A stretch of DNA of 63,401 bases, counting the filler. It is 5 parts of 5 records of this genome, joined end to end, with 100 filler letters (N's around TTAATTAATTAA, not from the genome) between each part and the next. Parts side by side here need not be neighbours in the genome. Positions count along the whole stretch, not along the records: positions 57,795 to 63,401 come from SRR20825019_151; 4 more parts are not named here. The stretch is one strand, 5' to 3'. Position 1 is the stretch's first letter. Each line of letters opens with the position of its first letter. The position numbers and the translations under genes are program-made. The notes under the pieces are model-generated. The model ran no database searches. It saw only the letters and a list, made by a program, of their open reading frames with translations, and had not been told where the DNA came from. Of the stretch, positions 59,855 to 63,401 are shown one piece after another.

Positions 59855-60718
59855 ATGTCATGCCCGGCGCACGCCAAACGGAATGTTCTCAGTGGCTTCG
59901 CAGCATGCGCCGGGTTCTTTGTTTTTCTTTCCGTTACTGCCTCGGCCGCGCCGCAACGGGTGGTATCGATCAATCTGTGCACCGATCAGATGGCGATGCT
60001 AGTGGCCGGCGAGGGGCAATTGATATCGGTCTCCAGACTTGCGGCCGATCCCGCCGTCTCGATGATGGCCGAGGAGTCGCAAGGCTACCGGCTCAATGAC
60101 GGGCTCGCGGAACAGGTTTTCCTGATGAAGCCCGACCTGGTGCTGGCCGGCAGCTATACGACACGGGAGACGGTTGATCTCCTGAAACGCCTCGGGATCG
60201 CGGTGTCGGAGTTCCAGCCGGCCGCCTCCCTCGATGATGTGCGACACAATCTGGAACGCCTCGGCGTGCTTCTCGACAGAAAGCCGGTGGCAACCGAACT
60301 GATCGCCGGGATGGATGCCGGACTTGCAGCCCTCGCCGAAACGCTTCCCGGAAACCGCACAGCCGCGCTGTACTACGCCAATGGCTACACCTCGGGCAAA
60401 CACACTCTTGCCGGCGACATGATTGCCCGGCTCGGTCTCGTCAACATCGCGTCGGAGGCCGGTGTCGATACGCTCGGCCGATTGCCGCTGGAACGGCTGA
60501 TCATGGCCGCGCCGGATGTGATCGTCGGCGGCGACGTCGATTATGACGCCCCGGCGCTCGCGCAGGCGGGTTTCAAGCACCCTGCGTTTGTGGCTGCCAC
60601 CGAGCACAGCGACTATGTCAATCTGCCCAGCCGCTATACCATCTGTGGCGGACCTTTCAACGTCGCGGGGATTGCGCTGCTCGCCGAGGCGCTTGGCGGA
60701 GGCGGAGCGGATGAATGA
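59855..60718 (+). CDS. btuF: Cobalamin/iron-chelate ABC substrate-binding protein
   Basis: PQRVVSINLCTDQ, KPDLVLAG, and a second Cys in TICGGP. Confidence 0.8.
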   Translation: MSCPAHAKRNVLSGFAACAGFFVFLSVTASAAPQRVVSINLCTDQMAMLVAGEGQLISVSRLAADPAVSMMAEESQGYRLNDGLAEQVFLMKPDLVLAGSYTTRETVDLLKRLGIAVSEFQPAASLDDVRHNLERLGVLLDRKPVATELIAGMDAGLAALAETLPGNRTAALYYANGYTSGKHTLAGDMIARLGLVNIASEAGVDTLGRLPLERLIMAAPDVIVGGDVDYDAPALAQAGFKHPAFVAATEHSDYVNLPSRYTICGGPFNVAGIALLAEALGGGGADE

Positions 60719-61712
60719 GCGTCAGCGCTATATTCAGCTCATCCTAGGGCTTGGCGTTCTCGTTCTCGCGCTTTTTACCGCCTCCCTTGTCGTCGGGCCG
60801 GCCGGCATAGGCTTCGGCCAAAGCATCGCCGGCCTGTTCGGCCGCGACGCGGCATCCGTCGGGCTGATCATGCAGGAGATCCGGCTGCCGCGCGCCATTC
60901 TCGGGCTTATGATCGGGGCCACGCTCGGGCTTTCAGGCGCGGTGCTGCAGGGTTATCTGCGTAATCCGCTTGCCGAACCCGGCCTCCTTGGCGTCTCTGC
61001 CTCGGCCTCGCTCGGGGCGGTTATCGCGCTCTATACGGGGCTGTCGGCGGTGTTCTCGCTGGCGCTGCCGCTTCTGGCGCTTGTGTTCGCCTTCGCATCG
61101 GTGCTGCTGGTGCGGTTTCTGGCCGGCGGCGGGGCGCGCAGCCTGACGATCATTCTCGCCGGCGTAGCCGTCACCAGTTTTGCCGGGGCCATGACCTCGC
61201 TTGCGCTCAATCTGTCGCCCAACCCATTCGCGGCGATGGAGATCATGTTCTGGATGCTGGGTTCGCTCGCCGATCGCTCCATGCTGCAGGTCTGGCTTTC
61301 GGCGCCGTTCATGGTGGCCGGCTGGGTGCTGCTGTTCGGCTGCGGCCGCGCGCTCGACATGCTGACGCTTGGGCATGAGGCGGCGGCCAGTCTCGGCATG
61401 TCGCCGAAGCGCACCGAGCGGATGGTGATCTGGGGTGTTGCGGCAAGCGTGGGCGCGGCGACCGCCGTTTCCGGCGCGATCGGTTTCGTCGGGCTTGTGG
61501 TGCCGCATATCCTGAGGCCGCTTGTCGGCTCGGTGCCGTCGAGACTGTTGCCGGCGAGCGCGCTTGGCGGAGCGGCGGTGCTGCTGGCGGCCGATGTCGC
61601 GGTGCGGCTGGTGGCGCCGGAACGCGATCTGAAGATCGGCGTGGTGACGGCGCTGATCGGTGCGCCGTTCTTCCTCTGGCTGATCTACAAGACGCGCAGG
61701 GAACTGGTCTGA
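60711..61712 (+). CDS. btuC: FecCD/BtuC family ABC permease
   Basis: EIRLPRA, LQGYLRNPLAEPGLLG, FWMLGSL, IGFVGLVVPH, IGAPFF. Confidence 0.85.
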   Translation: MNERQRYIQLILGLGVLVLALFTASLVVGPAGIGFGQSIAGLFGRDAASVGLIMQEIRLPRAILGLMIGATLGLSGAVLQGYLRNPLAEPGLLGVSASASLGAVIALYTGLSAVFSLALPLLALVFAFASVLLVRFLAGGGARSLTIILAGVAVTSFAGAMTSLALNLSPNPFAAMEIMFWMLGSLADRSMLQVWLSAPFMVAGWVLLFGCGRALDMLTLGHEAAASLGMSPKRTERMVIWGVAASVGAATAVSGAIGFVGLVVPHILRPLVGSVPSRLLPASALGGAAVLLAADVAVRLVAPERDLKIGVVTALIGAPFFLWLIYKTRRELV

Positions 61713-62485
61713 TGCTGCTCCGTGCCGAAAACCTCACCGTCACGAGAGGCGGCCGCGCCATCGTCGCCGGCATCGGCCTTGAGGTTCAGGGTGGCGAGTT
61801 TGTCGGCCTGATCGGCCCCAACGGTGCTGGCAAGACGACACTTCTGAAGGCCTTGACCGGGGTGACGGCGGCATCGGGCGCGGTCTTTCTGCAGGGCAGT
61901 CCGCTGGAACGGCTGAGCGCGAACGAACGCGCCCGCAGGGTCGCCTTCCTGCCGCAGGATCATGAGATCGCATGGCCGGTGAAAGTGCGCCATGTGGTCG
62001 CGCTGGGCCGTCAGCCCTGGAGTGAGAGCGGCCGTTTCGGCGATTATGCCCGTGGCCAGATCATCGCCGAGGCGATGGCGCGCATGGGCGTCGAGGAACT
62101 TGCCGAACGCACTGCCGATACGCTTTCCGGCGGCGAGCGCGCCCGCGTTCTGATCGCCCGCGCGCTGGCGCAGACGACCCCGCTGCTGATTGCCGACGAG
62201 CCGGTGGCCGGTCTCGATCCGGCCCACCAGATCGGGCTGATGGAGGTGTTCGCCTCGCTCTTGCGCGAGGGCCGTTCCGTGATCGTGTCGCTGCATGATC
62301 TCGGCCTTGCCGGGCGCTGGTGCACGCGGCTGATCATGATGGATGGCGGCGTCGTGGTTGCAGATGGACCGCCCGCGGCGGTGCTGACGGCGGAAAACCT
62401 GCGCCGGGTCTATGGCATCGAGGCCTATTTCGGCAAAGCCGATGGCGGTCCGGTGATCATGCCGACCCGGCTTTCGCAAAAATAG
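61712..62485 (+). CDS. btuD: Cobalamin/iron-chelate ABC ATP-binding protein
   Basis: GPNGAGKT, LSGGERAR, ADEPVAGLD, SLHDL. Confidence 0.85.
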   Translation: MLLRAENLTVTRGGRAIVAGIGLEVQGGEFVGLIGPNGAGKTTLLKALTGVTAASGAVFLQGSPLERLSANERARRVAFLPQDHEIAWPVKVRHVVALGRQPWSESGRFGDYARGQIIAEAMARMGVEELAERTADTLSGGERARVLIARALAQTTPLLIADEPVAGLDPAHQIGLMEVFASLLREGRSVIVSLHDLGLAGRWCTRLIMMDGGVVVADGPPAAVLTAENLRRVYGIEAYFGKADGGPVIMPTRLSQK

Positions 62486-62678
62486 CGGCGGCGGCGCGGC
62501 CGGCGTCCCATTCGTGGCGAAAGCGCCATTGCGCGAAGGCGGCGATTTCGCTAAGAAACCGCAGTTTTCCCGGCTTGCGTCGTCATCTGGCTGTCACGAG
62601 CGAGGCTTGGGCGAAAGGCTGCATGGATAAGGCGTCCGGTTTCGCGCGCTTTGGAATTTTGAGTTTGGAAAGTCTTCA

Positions 62679-63401
62679 ATGGCCCGCATCGTCATGAAAT
62701 TCGGCGGCACTTCGGTCGCCAATATCGAACGTATTCGCAATGTGGCGCGTCATGTGAAACGGGAAGTCGATGCCGGCCATGAGGTCGCCGTCGTGGTCTC
62801 TGCGATGGCCGGCAAGACCAACGAACTGGTCGAGTGGACCCGCGAGGCCTCACCGATGCACGATGCCCGCGAGTATGACGTCGTCGTTTCGTCGGGCGAG
62901 CAGGTGACGTCTGGCCTGCTTTCGATCGTGTTGCAGTCGATGGGCGTCAATGCCCGCTCCTGGCAGGGCTGGCAGCTTCCGATCAGGACCGATGGCACCC
63001 ATGGCGCCGCCCGGATCGTCGATATCGACGGTTCGGACATCATCAAGCGCATGGGCGAGGGCCAGGTCGCCGTCTGCGCCGGCTTCCAGGGCATCGGCCC
63101 CGATAACCGGGTGGCAACGCTCGGGCGAGGCGGCTCGGATACCTCCGCCGTTGCCATCGCCGCCGCCGTTCATGCCGACCGCTGCGACATCTACACCGAT
63201 GTCGACGGCGTCTACACCACCGATCCGCGCGTCGAGCCGAAGGCCAAGCGCTTGAAGAAGGTCGCGTTCGAGGAGATGCTGGAAATGGCGTCGCTCGGCG
63301 CCAAGGTTCTGCAGGTTCGCTCGGTCGAGCTTGCCATGGTTCACAAGGTGCGCACATTCGTGCGTTCAAGCTTCGAGGCGCCGGATGCGCCGGGCATGGG
63401 C
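62679..63401 (+). CDS. lysC: Aspartate kinase, runs off the window end
   Basis: Absent from the ORF track; read manually: [67 protein letters not shown]. Confidence 0.95.
   Translation, partial: MARIVMKFGGTSVANIERIRNVARHVKREVDAGHEVAVVVSAMAGKTNELVEWTREASPMHDAREYDVVVSSGEQVTSGLLSIVLQSMGVNARSWQGWQLPIRTDGTHGAARIVDIDGSDIIKRMGEGQVAVCAGFQGIGPDNRVATLGRGGSDTSAVAIAAAVHADRCDIYTDVDGVYTTDPRVEPKAKRLKKVAFEEMLEMASLGAKVLQVRSVELAMVHKVRTFVRSSFEAPDAPGMG

Noticed and set aside
1-63401. CRISPR arrays, defence systems, integrases, transposases, rRNA and tRNA genes
   Set aside because: None were recognised on either strand by manual reading. A covariance-model scan would be needed to exclude small structured RNAs.

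Overview
The window is not one locus. It is five unrelated contigs joined by 100-nt artificial spacers (N44-TTAATTAATTAA-N44). Contig 1 (1-15317, high-GC alphaproteobacterium) is a catabolic island: KGSA-type aldehyde dehydrogenase, FAH-family dehydratase, alpha/beta hydrolase, CoA-transferase III, TctCAB transporter, two LysR regulators, a TRAP transporter, an SDR and a thiolase. Contig 2 (15418-36383, probably Hyphomicrobiales) carries a sugar/sugar-acid catabolic cluster built around an IclR regulator fused to an intact SMP-30 lactonase, with a 38-bp AT-rich element repeated in both divergent promoter regions. An MFS gene, a DUF1127-like/LuxR pair, a gene remnant and a DctBD + sigma54 + TAXI-TRAP module follow it. 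Contig 3 (36484-47108) is eukaryotic with short GT-AG introns. Manual splicing gives CFDP1/Swc5, a secreted GH18-like protein, a small Cys-rich membrane protein and an EXD1/Egalitarian-like exonuclease, plus a 5'-truncated Sfi1-like coiled-coil ORF. Contig 4 (47209-57694) is alphaproteobacterial core genome (pdxA, surA, lptDGF, pepA, holC, patB-like, ndk). Contig 5 (57795-63401) is a btuBFCD-like uptake operon followed by lysC. I saw no CRISPR array, rRNA, tRNA or transposase. The best candidate for an undescribed system is the IclR-lactonase regulon in contig 2. All family calls come from motif recognition by eye; no database search was run.
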